Shown here: positions 1 through 8,576 of the stretch, one piece after another
Layout: each line of letters begins with the position of its first letter
How positions within the stretch are numbered: the stretch's first letter is position 1
Source of the DNA: a virus
Reading direction: 5' to 3' (one strand)
DNA length: 64,000 nt
IMG/VR virus record: IMGVR_UViG_3300050343_000117
Coordinates: 32,001-96,000 of that record
Notes under the pieces: model-generated
Seen by the model: the letters and a program-made list of their open reading frames with translations, nothing else
The model's database searches: none
Told to the model about the DNA's origin: nothing
Translations under genes and position numbers: made by a program

Positions 1-20
1 ACAGAATTCAGGGGGGTGTG

Positions 21-821
21 TCAATCAATTACCTTAAAAAAATTGTGTCGAGTCCACGGTTGTTCTTGCTTCTTATCTGAGTACCCATGATGGTCCTGAG
101 TTACCGCAAGACGTTTTGAAATCACCTGAGTAGTTGGCGTAGGTATCCCAGTGCGATGTCTGTCTCTCTTATTGAAGTAAATCCCAATGTCACGACCAAC
201 ACCTATTGTATCACATTCGTTCCAAGGATGCAAGGCGGTATTACGAATTCCATAATAATTAATATCTGGGCGATGTAGATAGGTTGTGGTATATGTTCTG
301 AAAAGACGTTGTAGAACACAGTAAGGTCCACAGTTAATCGGGAAATTGTTCTGAGTCATCATATGGTGGGACCAGTGTGCGAAACTCCTGTCCATGCAGT
401 ACATGCCCATGAACAGTCCTATATTCGCGTAGAGCGTGTTCTCTGCGTACTCAGATAGTAGTTTGAATGATTCGTATCTCTCTTCGAGTAACCAAGTGTC
501 ATGCTCCATAATCCAGAACTTTTCGTCTGACTGACCTTGTTGTCGCATGAGTTCCCAGTGAGAACACATCCCTGCCTTCTCTGTAGGTGAGTGGTCTTCC
601 TTTCCATTTCCTGAATTTAGGTCTAGAGTCATGAGACTTTTGGACCATGTGTAACTATCTACATGCTCTTCAAAATTTTCGGAATCTGGTGTGATGGCAT
701 CGAAGGTTTCTATGGAGTCAATGTAACCATCATCGATAGCACGTTGAAAGGAATATCGGGAGAGTGATGCGTACTCTTCTGATCGTTCATCACCTTTCAT
801 TACAATCTGTATCGCTTTCAT
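21..821 (-). CDS. Glycosyltransferase, GT25 (LPS biosynthesis)-like
   Basis: 'FDAITP...EKAGMCSHWELMRQ...FWIMEHD' matches the GT25 pattern (E-x-G-C-x-x-S-H...I-x-E-x-D); start overlaps the stop of the PhyH gene (818-821). Confidence 0.65.
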   Translation of the reverse strand: MKAIQIVMKGDERSEEYASLSRYSFQRAIDDGYIDSIETFDAITPDSENFEEHVDSYTWSKSLMTLDLNSGNGKEDHSPTEKAGMCSHWELMRQQGQSDEKFWIMEHDTWLLEERYESFKLLSEYAENTLYANIGLFMGMYCMDRSFAHWSHHMMTQNNFPINCGPYCVLQRLFRTYTTTYLHRPDINYYGIRNTALHPWNECDTIGVGRDIGIYFNKRDRHRTGIPTPTTQVISKRLAVTQDHHGYSDKKQEQPWTRHNFFKVID

Positions 822-1525
822 TCTACGGGTAACCTGTCCTGTGATTGATGATCATTATGTGTTTTGGGAACATGTTCTCTATGAATATACTCCCAAGCAA
901 TACTATAACGGTATCGATCGCTTCTGTTTCTATAACATCCATGCACTAAGTTAGGATGAAAAAACACTGCAAATGGTCGATCTAGTTCCACATCTACTAT
1001 ATCAAAATCTTCTTCGTCAACCCTCATCCAATTGAACACACCATGTGTCCGATGATTATGTTCATAATATTTGGTATGAGATTTAGGTACCACTCTGAGA
1101 CAACCATTCTCTTTATCAGCACCGTTAACAAAAACATCACAACTAACCAGACGGTTTGGATCAGCTTCAATATAATGATTGTCTTGATGCCATCCTACAG
1201 AAAACCCCTCATGGGGTACCATAGGGAAAAACTTTGAGATGTAAGTATCTATGTCTTCTTGATCTAATAAGAAACGAGCAGTGTCCACGAGCCTTTCGTT
1301 GTGTCCCAACTCGCCAAATACTTCACTGCGCATCATAGCCCCATCTAACTTACAGGGATTTCCTCTTTTGTTTATAACCCACCCGTTGCGATTATCGAAA
1401 AGTCTAACGGCATACTTTCGATACTTATCACACTCATCATTAAGTATTTGATGCTCATGAACTGTTAGGAAATCAGTAATGATCACGTAACCTAGTTCAT
1501 CAAATTTTGTTATATCGTAGTTCAT
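818..1525 (-). CDS. Phytanoyl-CoA dioxygenase (PhyH)-family 2OG-Fe(II) oxygenase
   Basis: 'FDELGYVII', 'GWHQDNHY', 'ENGCLRVVPKSH', 'LVHG...NRSDRYRYS'; ATG at 1525 preferred over the TTG inside the terminator U-tract. Confidence 0.85.
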   Translation of the reverse strand: MNYDITKFDELGYVIITDFLTVHEHQILNDECDKYRKYAVRLFDNRNGWVINKRGNPCKLDGAMMRSEVFGELGHNERLVDTARFLLDQEDIDTYISKFFPMVPHEGFSVGWHQDNHYIEADPNRLVSCDVFVNGADKENGCLRVVPKSHTKYYEHNHRTHGVFNWMRVDEEDFDIVDVELDRPFAVFFHPNLVHGCYRNRSDRYRYSIAWEYIHREHVPKTHNDHQSQDRLPVE

Positions 1526-1532
1526 AGAAACC

Positions 1533-1560
1533 AAAAAAAAGGGAGACCAATGTCTCCCTA
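1533..1560 (-). terminator. Rho-independent terminator downstream of hsp20
   Basis: minus strand GGGAGAC-ATTG-GTCTCCC followed by T8. Confidence 0.75.
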
Positions 1561-1659
1561 TTTATTTACATAATAGATGTTATACAAAATAACATCGTAG
1601 TCATACATAGTAGATTGATACTTATGAGACCAAATTTTTCTAGGTCTTCAGAATCACGT

Positions 1660-2142
1660 CTAGCCATGTAGTCCTTTATCTGCTGCATCTAAACTCTCCT
1701 CGTTTAAAAGTTGTGGTTCAAGTGTGTTTAAACCGTTAATTTCAACCTTACGAGGCCGCTGAGAATCAGGGATTATTACCTCCAGACGGATGGCAAGTAG
1801 CCCGTTCCTGAAATCAGCTCCCATTACTTCAACATACTCCGACATGCGGAATTGTCTTTCGAACTTCTTCGTTGAGATTCCTTTATGGATGTAATCTCGA
1901 TCCGAATCTTTTATCTGTCCTCTAATGGTCAGTGTTCGGTTCTTTACTTCGATTTCGAGTTCGTCTTCGGCGAAACCGGCGACGGCTAACTCGATTAGGT
2001 ATTGATCCTCTCCCGTCTTTAGAATATTGTGCGGGGGGAACGTATCACCAGAGTTGCGTGAGATTCGATCTAATTCATCGATCATGGTATCAAAACCAAC
2101 GAATGCTGAACGTGGGAACAATTGCTTTGCTGTTAATGTCAT
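1660..2142 (-). CDS. hsp20: Small heat-shock protein Hsp20 (IbpA-like)
   Basis: 'FPPHNILK...YLIELAVAGF...LTIRG...YIHKGISTKKFERQF...ADFRNGLLAIRL'. Confidence 0.93.
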   Translation of the reverse strand: MTLTAKQLFPRSAFVGFDTMIDELDRISRNSGDTFPPHNILKTGEDQYLIELAVAGFAEDELEIEVKNRTLTIRGQIKDSDRDYIHKGISTKKFERQFRMSEYVEVMGADFRNGLLAIRLEVIIPDSQRPRKVEINGLNTLEPQLLNEESLDAADKGLHG

Positions 2143-2248
2143 GTTGTGACTCCTAATTATATTAGCAAGTTTATTATGGATACCCGACCATTCGGCATAT
2201 CCGGTACTATATATACAAACTATGAGAATAAAAGTAACAAAAGTGTTA

Positions 2249-2491
2249 CTATTCTAAATTATCTTCGTCATCAATATTAATTATAGGCAACGAAGCATCA
2301 ACCAACACAACCTTCTCATTTTCAATCATGTCGATTATTTCTAACGTAACATTTATGTCCATCTGAATATAGGACATTTTTCTCTCGCACATTTCGAGAT
2401 GCTTACGATAAAATTCTAATTCTTGTTCTTTTTCTACTTTTCTTGCACTTATATTGGCAAGAGAAATTATATTGTTCTTTTTGCCAGACAT
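2249..2491 (-). CDS. Hypothetical coiled-coil protein
   Basis: 80-aa ORF in operon orientation with a plausible SD; no family recognised. Confidence 0.6.
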   Translation of the reverse strand: MSGKKNNIISLANISARKVEKEQELEFYRKHLEMCERKMSYIQMDINVTLEIIDMIENEKVVLVDASLPIINIDDEDNLE

Positions 2492-2500
2492 ACTTCGTCC

Positions 2501-3043
2501 TTAATAGTACATTGATGGGTCCGGAATTCCTTCTATTCCAAATGAAAAGGATACACGAGATTCTCTAGGGAATACTTGGTGATGAGTTGAACGAGGTAAG
2601 TAAACATACATACCCGGCTCAAAGTCAAACGGTTCATTATCGTTTATGCCTTCCACCTTTAGACCGACAGTACTAATAACCTGAACTAAGAACACATCCA
2701 TAGCATCTTTGTGCCATGGATAAGAACCACTTGCACGACCAAAACCACTAAACGCAATGTTAGTGATTTTGTTCTGGTGCAGCGTGAACACATCTTGTAA
2801 CTCTGTATAGATGTTCTTCGCAAACTCTGGTGAACTACCACGAGTATGGAAGTTGTTCAAACCTATACGCATCTTATCTGAGTTTCTGTCGTATAGGTCA
2901 TTTGGATGCGAGTCCATCATTTGCATGAACTCGTTCCAATTGTAAGTCTCTTTCATATCAAACGGAAGTTTGCCTACGAACGGAGTCTTGGTGCGAATAT
3001 TCTCTTCGCGATCTTCAAATATATCATAACAAGTATTTGACAT
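2501..3043 (-). CDS. JmjC/cupin-4-like 2OG-Fe(II) oxygenase
   Basis: 'YPWHKDAMDVFLVQV...FEPGMYVYLPRSTHHQV...RVSFSFG' resembles RoxA/YcfD-type cupins. Confidence 0.75.
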   Translation of the reverse strand: MSNTCYDIFEDREENIRTKTPFVGKLPFDMKETYNWNEFMQMMDSHPNDLYDRNSDKMRIGLNNFHTRGSSPEFAKNIYTELQDVFTLHQNKITNIAFSGFGRASGSYPWHKDAMDVFLVQVISTVGLKVEGINDNEPFDFEPGMYVYLPRSTHHQVFPRESRVSFSFGIEGIPDPSMYY

Positions 3044-3453
3044 CAGCTATTCCCAATGTTATATTTTGGTTGCAGTGTCCATTCAGACTTGTCCTTATAT
3101 GAGATTATCTTTATCTGTCTCATAGGAGCACAGTCACGAGCAACCTCTTTATTGACTATTGCGACTAGGCCCCAATCTTGCAATAGTGTTGCGATCGTAT
3201 TGCGTCTTTCAATATCAGACACTTCTAGATTTGATTTTTTGCCGTCCAGTAAAAACAACTCCTTGAAATGGACGATGAAGTACCTACCCTGCTTATGCAA
3301 GATATGGCACGATTGATATAAGGTGTTGTCTCTACGCGAAGCAACCCCTATACGCGTTAATGTTTCTCTGACTTTTAGGAAGTCATCTGGTTCTGATAGA
3401 CTGATTTCCAACATCATATCAGAATTCCACTGAACGAGATTATTCTCTTCCAC
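3043..3453 (-). CDS. regA: Translational repressor RegA
   Basis: 'PDDFLKVRETLTRIGVASR...LYQSCHILHKQGRYFIVHFKELF'. Confidence 0.97.
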   Translation of the reverse strand: MEENNLVQWNSDMMLEISLSEPDDFLKVRETLTRIGVASRRDNTLYQSCHILHKQGRYFIVHFKELFLLDGKKSNLEVSDIERRNTIATLLQDWGLVAIVNKEVARDCAPMRQIKIISYKDKSEWTLQPKYNIGNS

Positions 3454-3820
3454 CTTTGGTAACCTTTTGTTTGATAGTTTTTATTTGTGATTCCGTTAAG
3501 AGCCCTATGACTTGCTTTGCCTTCTGTTCACTGTAACCAAAATATTCCTTGATACATTCCATGTCAGCCCTTTCATCAGGTTTATCCCATTTAGAGAATC
3601 GTTTCTTTTTCCTTACAATATTTATAAGAAAGTCGTACTGCATCTTACCATCTAAGTGATGTAATCTATTCATTTCGTTGGACAAAAAAACCGTGTCCGG
3701 AAAGTATGACAGAGATCTATTAACTAGGAAACCATTGTATTTTTTTACGCACTCCGGATCTTTATCTACCAAGTTAATTTTAGAGGTGTTGATACTATTT
3801 AGGAAGTCAAATGGACTCAC
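3440..3820 (-). CDS. 62: Clamp loader small subunit (gp62)
   Basis: 'MSPFDFLNSIN...FLVNRSLSYFPDT...NEMN...RKKKRFSKW'; lies between gp44 and regA. Confidence 0.93.
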   Translation of the reverse strand: MSPFDFLNSINTSKINLVDKDPECVKKYNGFLVNRSLSYFPDTVFLSNEMNRLHHLDGKMQYDFLINIVRKKKRFSKWDKPDERADMECIKEYFGYSEQKAKQVIGLLTESQIKTIKQKVTKGGRE

Positions 3821-4761
3821 GCTTTAATCTCCACGTTCGCCATAACTTCGGTCATACATGCGACTAGATTCAGTTCGTGGTCAGCAACAAACGCATTCTT
3901 GTACTGGTAATCCGCGAGGATAAGAACCAACTGGGGAATACTGTTTGGTGCGACGTGGTCATACATTTTATCATAAATGCTACGGAAGATTGACGCCGGA
4001 TCAACGTCTATATTATTGACTACCCACGTCCTCATCTTCTTGAAGTTCTTGTCACGAATCGCACTGAATAGCTGGGTGTAAGTATCTGAGATATCCGCAC
4101 TCACGCTATTAGGGACATTGAGCGTTCCAGAGATTGATCCTCTCTGACACTCATTCAGTACGCGTCTCCAATCTGGTGCATGTTTCATGATGACGTTTGC
4201 CACCACGTTGTTATCGTACTCCACACCCTCCTCTTGCAAGATTCCTTGGAGACGCTGCATGAACCCACCACATAGCGAGGTCATAGTTTTCTTGTTGAAA
4301 TTGAAGGCGTACTTTGAACACCTTGAGTGTAACGGTTCAATAATCTTGTTCTCAAAGTTACACGTCATAATGAAACGACAATTCTTCGAGAACTCTTCGA
4401 TGAACCCACGGAGAGCAGGTTGCGTCGATTGGGGGTTTAGATAATCTGCCTCATCTAGGATGACAACCTTGTAACCACCGGACAAAGACACGGACGATGC
4501 GAACTGTTTGATCTTACCTCGCAGTGTGTCGATGTTGCCTTCTTCCGACCCATTGATGACGATATAGTCTAGGTCTAGTTCCTCACATATCGCACGTGCG
4601 ACTGTGGTCTTACCAGTACCGGCCGTGCCGGTGAACATCATGTTGAGGATTTCACCACCATCCACAATGTTCTGAAATGTTTGTTTTAAATCTTCCGGAA
4701 GAATTGTTTCGGAAACTTTCTTCGGACGATACTTTTCAACCCATAAAAACTCATTGCTCAT
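3817..4761 (-). CDS. 44: Clamp loader large subunit (gp44), AAA+ ATPase
   Basis: 'LWVEKYRP', Walker A 'GTAGTGKTT', 'ILDEADYL', 'SRC'; ATG 4761 with GGAG SD. Confidence 0.97.
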   Translation of the reverse strand: MSNEFLWVEKYRPKKVSETILPEDLKQTFQNIVDGGEILNMMFTGTAGTGKTTVARAICEELDLDYIVINGSEEGNIDTLRGKIKQFASSVSLSGGYKVVILDEADYLNPQSTQPALRGFIEEFSKNCRFIMTCNFENKIIEPLHSRCSKYAFNFNKKTMTSLCGGFMQRLQGILQEEGVEYDNNVVANVIMKHAPDWRRVLNECQRGSISGTLNVPNSVSADISDTYTQLFSAIRDKNFKKMRTWVVNNIDVDPASIFRSIYDKMYDHVAPNSIPQLVLILADYQYKNAFVADHELNLVACMTEVMANVEIKA

Positions 4762-4800
4762 TACAACTCCATAATATAAATTAACTTTCAATAGGGGGAT

Positions 4801-4830
4801 ATTATACTACAAAATCCCCCCTCATGTAAA
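4801..4830 (-). promoter_or_regulatory. Sigma70-like promoter upstream of gp44
   Basis: TTTACA-N18-TATAAT on the minus strand; the -10 sits between the arms of a GGGGGAT/ATCCCCC inverted repeat. Confidence 0.6.
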
Positions 4831-4875
4831 CCATCTGTAGACAATTATTTATAATAAATAACGCCCCATTGATCA

Positions 4876-5457
4876 CTATTCAGCGTATCTATGGTTCACT
4901 TTGGCGTGACGCATTTCATCTTGTCGAACATATTTTATCATATCAGACAATCTTGCATCGGATAGTAGTCCGTAGTACTCAATCGCAATCTGTGGCGCAG
5001 GGACGTTCTCAATCTCACCTGACTCAATAAGTTCCAGATAAGTGGTATAACTACGTACTGCCTCATCTTCGAAGTATCCTGTCATACGATGCGCTGTCTT
5101 GGGAAACAACATGTATAGCACCAGATAGTAATGCCAGAAGATAAATTGTGCGATGATGATTATTATACGTTCTAGTATAGATGGATGGACCACTTCCATA
5201 AAGAACATTAGATGTTTTCTTTCGTTGGTTGCTTCGTCTAGAAGCTCTTGTATCTTATGGCCGTTCCCGCGTTCCAATCGACGAAGGCTCACTAGGTGGG
5301 TAAGCATTCCTCCGACCATGCCGGGAACCCCTGCAACTGTTTCTAAAACAAGTGCACGATGACCGTACCGTTGACCGAAGAATGTGTCCGCAAAAAAGCG
5401 AAAGAATGCAGTTTGAGATCTGGCTAAAGTGTCAGATATTTTAGTAGTAAATTTCAC
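4876..5457 (-). CDS. aox: Alternative oxidase (AOX; di-iron ubiquinol oxidase)
   Basis: 'LETVAGVPGMVGGML.HL.SLR', 'EATNERKHLM', 'GYFEDEAVRSYT', 'APQIAIEYY', 'RQDEMRHAKVNH'; all di-iron ligands present; GTG start at 5457 after GGAGAG. Confidence 0.92.
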   Translation of the reverse strand: MKFTTKISDTLARSQTAFFRFFADTFFGQRYGHRALVLETVAGVPGMVGGMLTHLVSLRRLERGNGHKIQELLDEATNERKHLMFFMEVVHPSILERIIIIIAQFIFWHYYLVLYMLFPKTAHRMTGYFEDEAVRSYTTYLELIESGEIENVPAPQIAIEYYGLLSDARLSDMIKYVRQDEMRHAKVNHRYAE

Positions 5458-5472
5458 AGTGCTCTCCAAGAA

Positions 5473-5548
5473 TGGAGCTCGGAACAGGAGTCGAACCTGC
5501 GACCTGCTGATTACAAGTCAGCTGCTCTACCAACTGAGCTATCCGAGC
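5473..5548 (-). tRNA. tRNA-Thr(TGT)
   Basis: GCTCGGATAGCTCAGTTGGTAGAGCAGCTGACTTGTAATCAGCAGGTCGCAGGTTCGACTCCTGTTCCGAGCTCCA: 76 nt, cloverleaf, TTC loop, encoded CCA. Confidence 0.96.
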
Positions 5549-5777
5549 GCATTCGTTTCTTACGTTTTTCTGTAAGTGTACGTACTATGTATATCCGCGT
5601 GAAGGCCACGACTGAAATACCTGCTGTAAGTGTTGTGGATAAAACTATAGGATCTGTATTTCCCCACTGGACAATCACCAACCAAGTGAAGAAAATATTT
5701 AGTGGGTAGTTTATTAAAGTTCCTAAAGAAACGTGTATAAGGGTTTCTCTCGCAACTTCTCTATCGTACCATTTCAT
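5511..5777 (-). CDS. Small membrane protein (two hydrophobic helices); 3' end runs into the tRNA
   Basis: 'ETLIHVSLGTLINYPLNIFF...ISVVAFTRIYIVR' followed by a basic tail. Confidence 0.6.
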   Translation of the reverse strand: MKWYDREVARETLIHVSLGTLINYPLNIFFTWLVIVQWGNTDPIVLSTTLTAGISVVAFTRIYIVRTLTEKRKKRMRSDSSVGRAADL

Positions 5778-5882
5778 AAGGGTCGGCCTTTTGAATCAAA
5801 TAATTCATTATATAGTGTTTAATCAGTTCGAATCGCATCTCAGGGTAAAGACATAATGATTCAAAAGACCGAAAAGGGGGAT

Positions 5883-6119
5883 TTACTTTTTCTTAGATTT
5901 AGAAGTCTCTGCGGCAGCTGCTACTTCTTCTTCAGCAAATGCTTTTGCTACCTTCTCATAAAGAGCCACAACCTGAATTGCTTGGTCGCGTAGCTGTCCA
6001 ATAGTAGTAAGTTCTTCACCTTTGAAACCACCACGAGTCACAACGGTATCTACAACCGCGACACAGGAACGTGATACGCGGTTAGAAAGGTCGTTTAAGT
6101 TTTTTTGATCTTCAGTCAT
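5883..6119 (-). CDS. Hypothetical protein
   Basis: 'MTEDQKNLNDL...VVDTVVTRGGFKGEELTTIGQLRDQ'; ATG immediately after the gp45 stop. Confidence 0.65.
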   Translation of the reverse strand: MTEDQKNLNDLSNRVSRSCVAVVDTVVTRGGFKGEELTTIGQLRDQAIQVVALYEKVAKAFAEEEVAAAAETSKSKKK

Positions 6120-6120
6120 G

Positions 6121-6798
6121 TTATGCTCCGTAAGTAGATGACTTTTCAAGCGCAATAAAGTATTGCGTGCTAGAATTAATGGATCTGAAGTGTGAGATCA
6201 ATTTAGTTGAAATAGAAACCTCATAATCTTCACCCAACAACTTCATGTTATTCACACCCATGATGAAGTTGAAATCAGCACCTTCAGGGAATTGACCTTC
6301 AACTAACACAGAGAATGAGTTAGACGTAGAATCTTCTGTATCCACAACCGTAACTTCAATAGAGTTTCCGGATGGACGAATCGAGATATTTTCATAACCG
6401 AGCGCAGATGATGCACGTTTGATCTTACTTAGGGTTTCATTAGTGAGTAAGAATTTGACTTCACACTCAGGCATGACGATATCTTTCTTAGGTGCAGAGA
6501 GCATCTCAGGGTCGGAGTAGAAGTATTTCACCGATGATAAACCACTGCCGTCAGATACGGTACAGAAGCTTTCACCAAAAGTAATTGATGGGCGATCTAC
6601 CAATGTCAATACTGACAAGAACTCAGAGAGGTCATAAATACCGAACGTATTCGGGAAGCTCTCATCGATCTCAGCACGGGAGACAATGTTTTTTGCAATA
6701 GACATAGTCTTGAGAACGTTGCCGCCATTGACTACGATGTTTGGGTTAATAGTCGAAAAGTTTCTCAAGATCTCGACCGTTCGGTTAGATAGTTCCAT
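6121..6798 (-). CDS. 45: DNA polymerase sliding clamp (gp45)
   Basis: 'MELSNRTVEILRNFSTINPNI...FGIYDLSEFLSVL...YFIALEK'. Confidence 0.95.
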   Translation of the reverse strand: MELSNRTVEILRNFSTINPNIVVNGGNVLKTMSIAKNIVSRAEIDESFPNTFGIYDLSEFLSVLTLVDRPSITFGESFCTVSDGSGLSSVKYFYSDPEMLSAPKKDIVMPECEVKFLLTNETLSKIKRASSALGYENISIRPSGNSIEVTVVDTEDSTSNSFSVLVEGQFPEGADFNFIMGVNNMKLLGEDYEVSISTKLISHFRSINSSTQYFIALEKSSTYGA

Positions 6799-6827
6799 TG
6801 ATTGATTCCTCAGTTAATATGTTACAC

Positions 6828-6856
6828 ATTATATAATATTTTGACGCGTCTGTCAA
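6828..6856 (-). promoter_or_regulatory. Consensus sigma70-type promoter for gp45
   Basis: TTGACA(GAC)-N17-TATAAT. Confidence 0.85.
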
Positions 6857-8576
6857 GTACTTTCTCGCATTCTGCTGAAATTCTTGTCCTTGACAAACGA
6901 CAACTTGCGTTCGAAGTGAGCATCTTCCAGTTCAGTCTTGTGAGAAATAACAAAGACATTAGTGTCTTCTTTCAACGTGTCAATAATCTTCATAAGGTTA
7001 TCAACACCTTCACCGTCCAACGAAGAGTCGAACGTTTCATCTAGTATCAACAGATTAGTAGATACCGAATTTTTCATCTTGGCTATTTGTCGCCAAGTAA
7101 ATAGTAGAGACAAATCTATACGTTGTTTCTCACCTTCGGAGAAAGAATCGTACGAGAACGTGTCGCGGTAACGTGACCGGATGGTCTCACTAAAACTATC
7201 GTCCAACTCAAAGTGGACAAAGAAATCTAGAATCTGTAAGTACTTGTTGGTCAACTCATTGATGACCGGCACGTACTGTCGAATGATTTTAGTCTTGATT
7301 CCAGTGTCTCGTAGTAACTCACTTGCAATGCGGTTATACGATGATTTCTCATTCAGAACAAACTTATCATCTGTCAGTCCGTGTAATTCGGAATCCAGCA
7401 TTGTTAGATCTGTATTTGCCTGGCCCATATCACCGTCGCTGTTAGTCATATCTTGCAAGTCTTGTTGTATCTTACCGATAGATCGTTGCAGACGACTAAT
7501 AGTCTGATTGTTATTGTTTAAAGTATTCTGATCTGCAAGACAGCTAGACATCTGTTCCTCTAGGGTCGTTATCTCTGTCTGGTACTGTTTCTGTTGTTCC
7601 TCTGCCTTATCCATTGCAGACTTTAGTTCTTTCGCCTTAGAGGTCGCAGCATCCTTCTTATTCTTTCGCAAGTCTTCTGCAATGTCTTGGTCGCACGTAG
7701 GACATACCTCATTATCATCAAAGAACTTTGCCTCTTTAACCACAGACTTTACCTGTGACTTAAACTGTGCATAATACTCATCCAACTTACTCTTATTGGC
7801 ACGAATACTGCATAAGTTATCTGTAATGGTAGGCATCAAATTATTGACAGTCTCAGATAAAGTAACATTCAGTTCATTGAGTTCCGCGATCTCTGACTGG
7901 AGCTCTGCGATATCTCCCTCTTTATCTTTACGATGCTGAGTGTTGATTGCAGTTAAATCACGGATGTACTTCTTCTGTGAATTTATCTTAGTTTTGATCA
8001 TCTCAATAGAATGGTTGTTGCCCTCGAGCTCGCTTTTGAGGAGAGAGATTTTCTCCTTGAGTATCACATTCATTTTGGAAAATATGTTAATATCAAGAAG
8101 GTCTTCTATCACGTCACGCCGAGAGGTTGAGTTGAGTTGCATGAACGGGACAAAAGACGACGAGCCGAGAACAACAATTTGGTGAAAACTCTTGTGAGAC
8201 ATCTGTAGGACGTTCTTCTCAAGAATCTCTTGATATTCTCTTGCGTGTGAACTCTGGTCGATCATAGTACCATCTTTCCAGATTTCAAACTTGGCGGGTT
8301 TGATTCCCCGCACTACACGGTACTGTATACCATTTACAACAAAGGTTACTTCAGTAACACATCCTTTGTTATTGATCGTGTTAACTAATTGGTTCTTGGT
8401 GATCTTACGGTGAGCCTTACCAAACAATGCAAACGACAACGCGTCAAGCATTGTAGACTTCCCTGCACCGTTTTCACCAACAATAAGATTGGTAGACTGT
8501 CTAGGAAGTTTATATCATTATAATAATCACCCGTCGAAAGAAAGTTCTTCCAACGTAGGGTTTCAAATTTAATCAT
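6853..8576 (-). CDS. 46: Recombination endonuclease ATPase subunit gp46 (Rad50/SbcC-like); one frameshift near 8490
   Basis: 'MIKFETLRWKNFLSTG', Walker A, zinc hook 'CPTCDQ', 'SFSEGEKQRIDL', 'LILDETFDSSLD'. Confidence 0.95.

Noticed and set aside
4876-5457. Calling the oxidase PTOX and the phage a cyanophage
   Set aside because: The motifs are AOX-type (ETVAGVPGMVGGM rather than the PTOX-type ETIARVPYF) and no photosynthesis genes are seen in the window
5473-5548. tRNA as a prophage or island integration site
   Set aside because: No integrase and no duplicated tRNA 3' end found in the window
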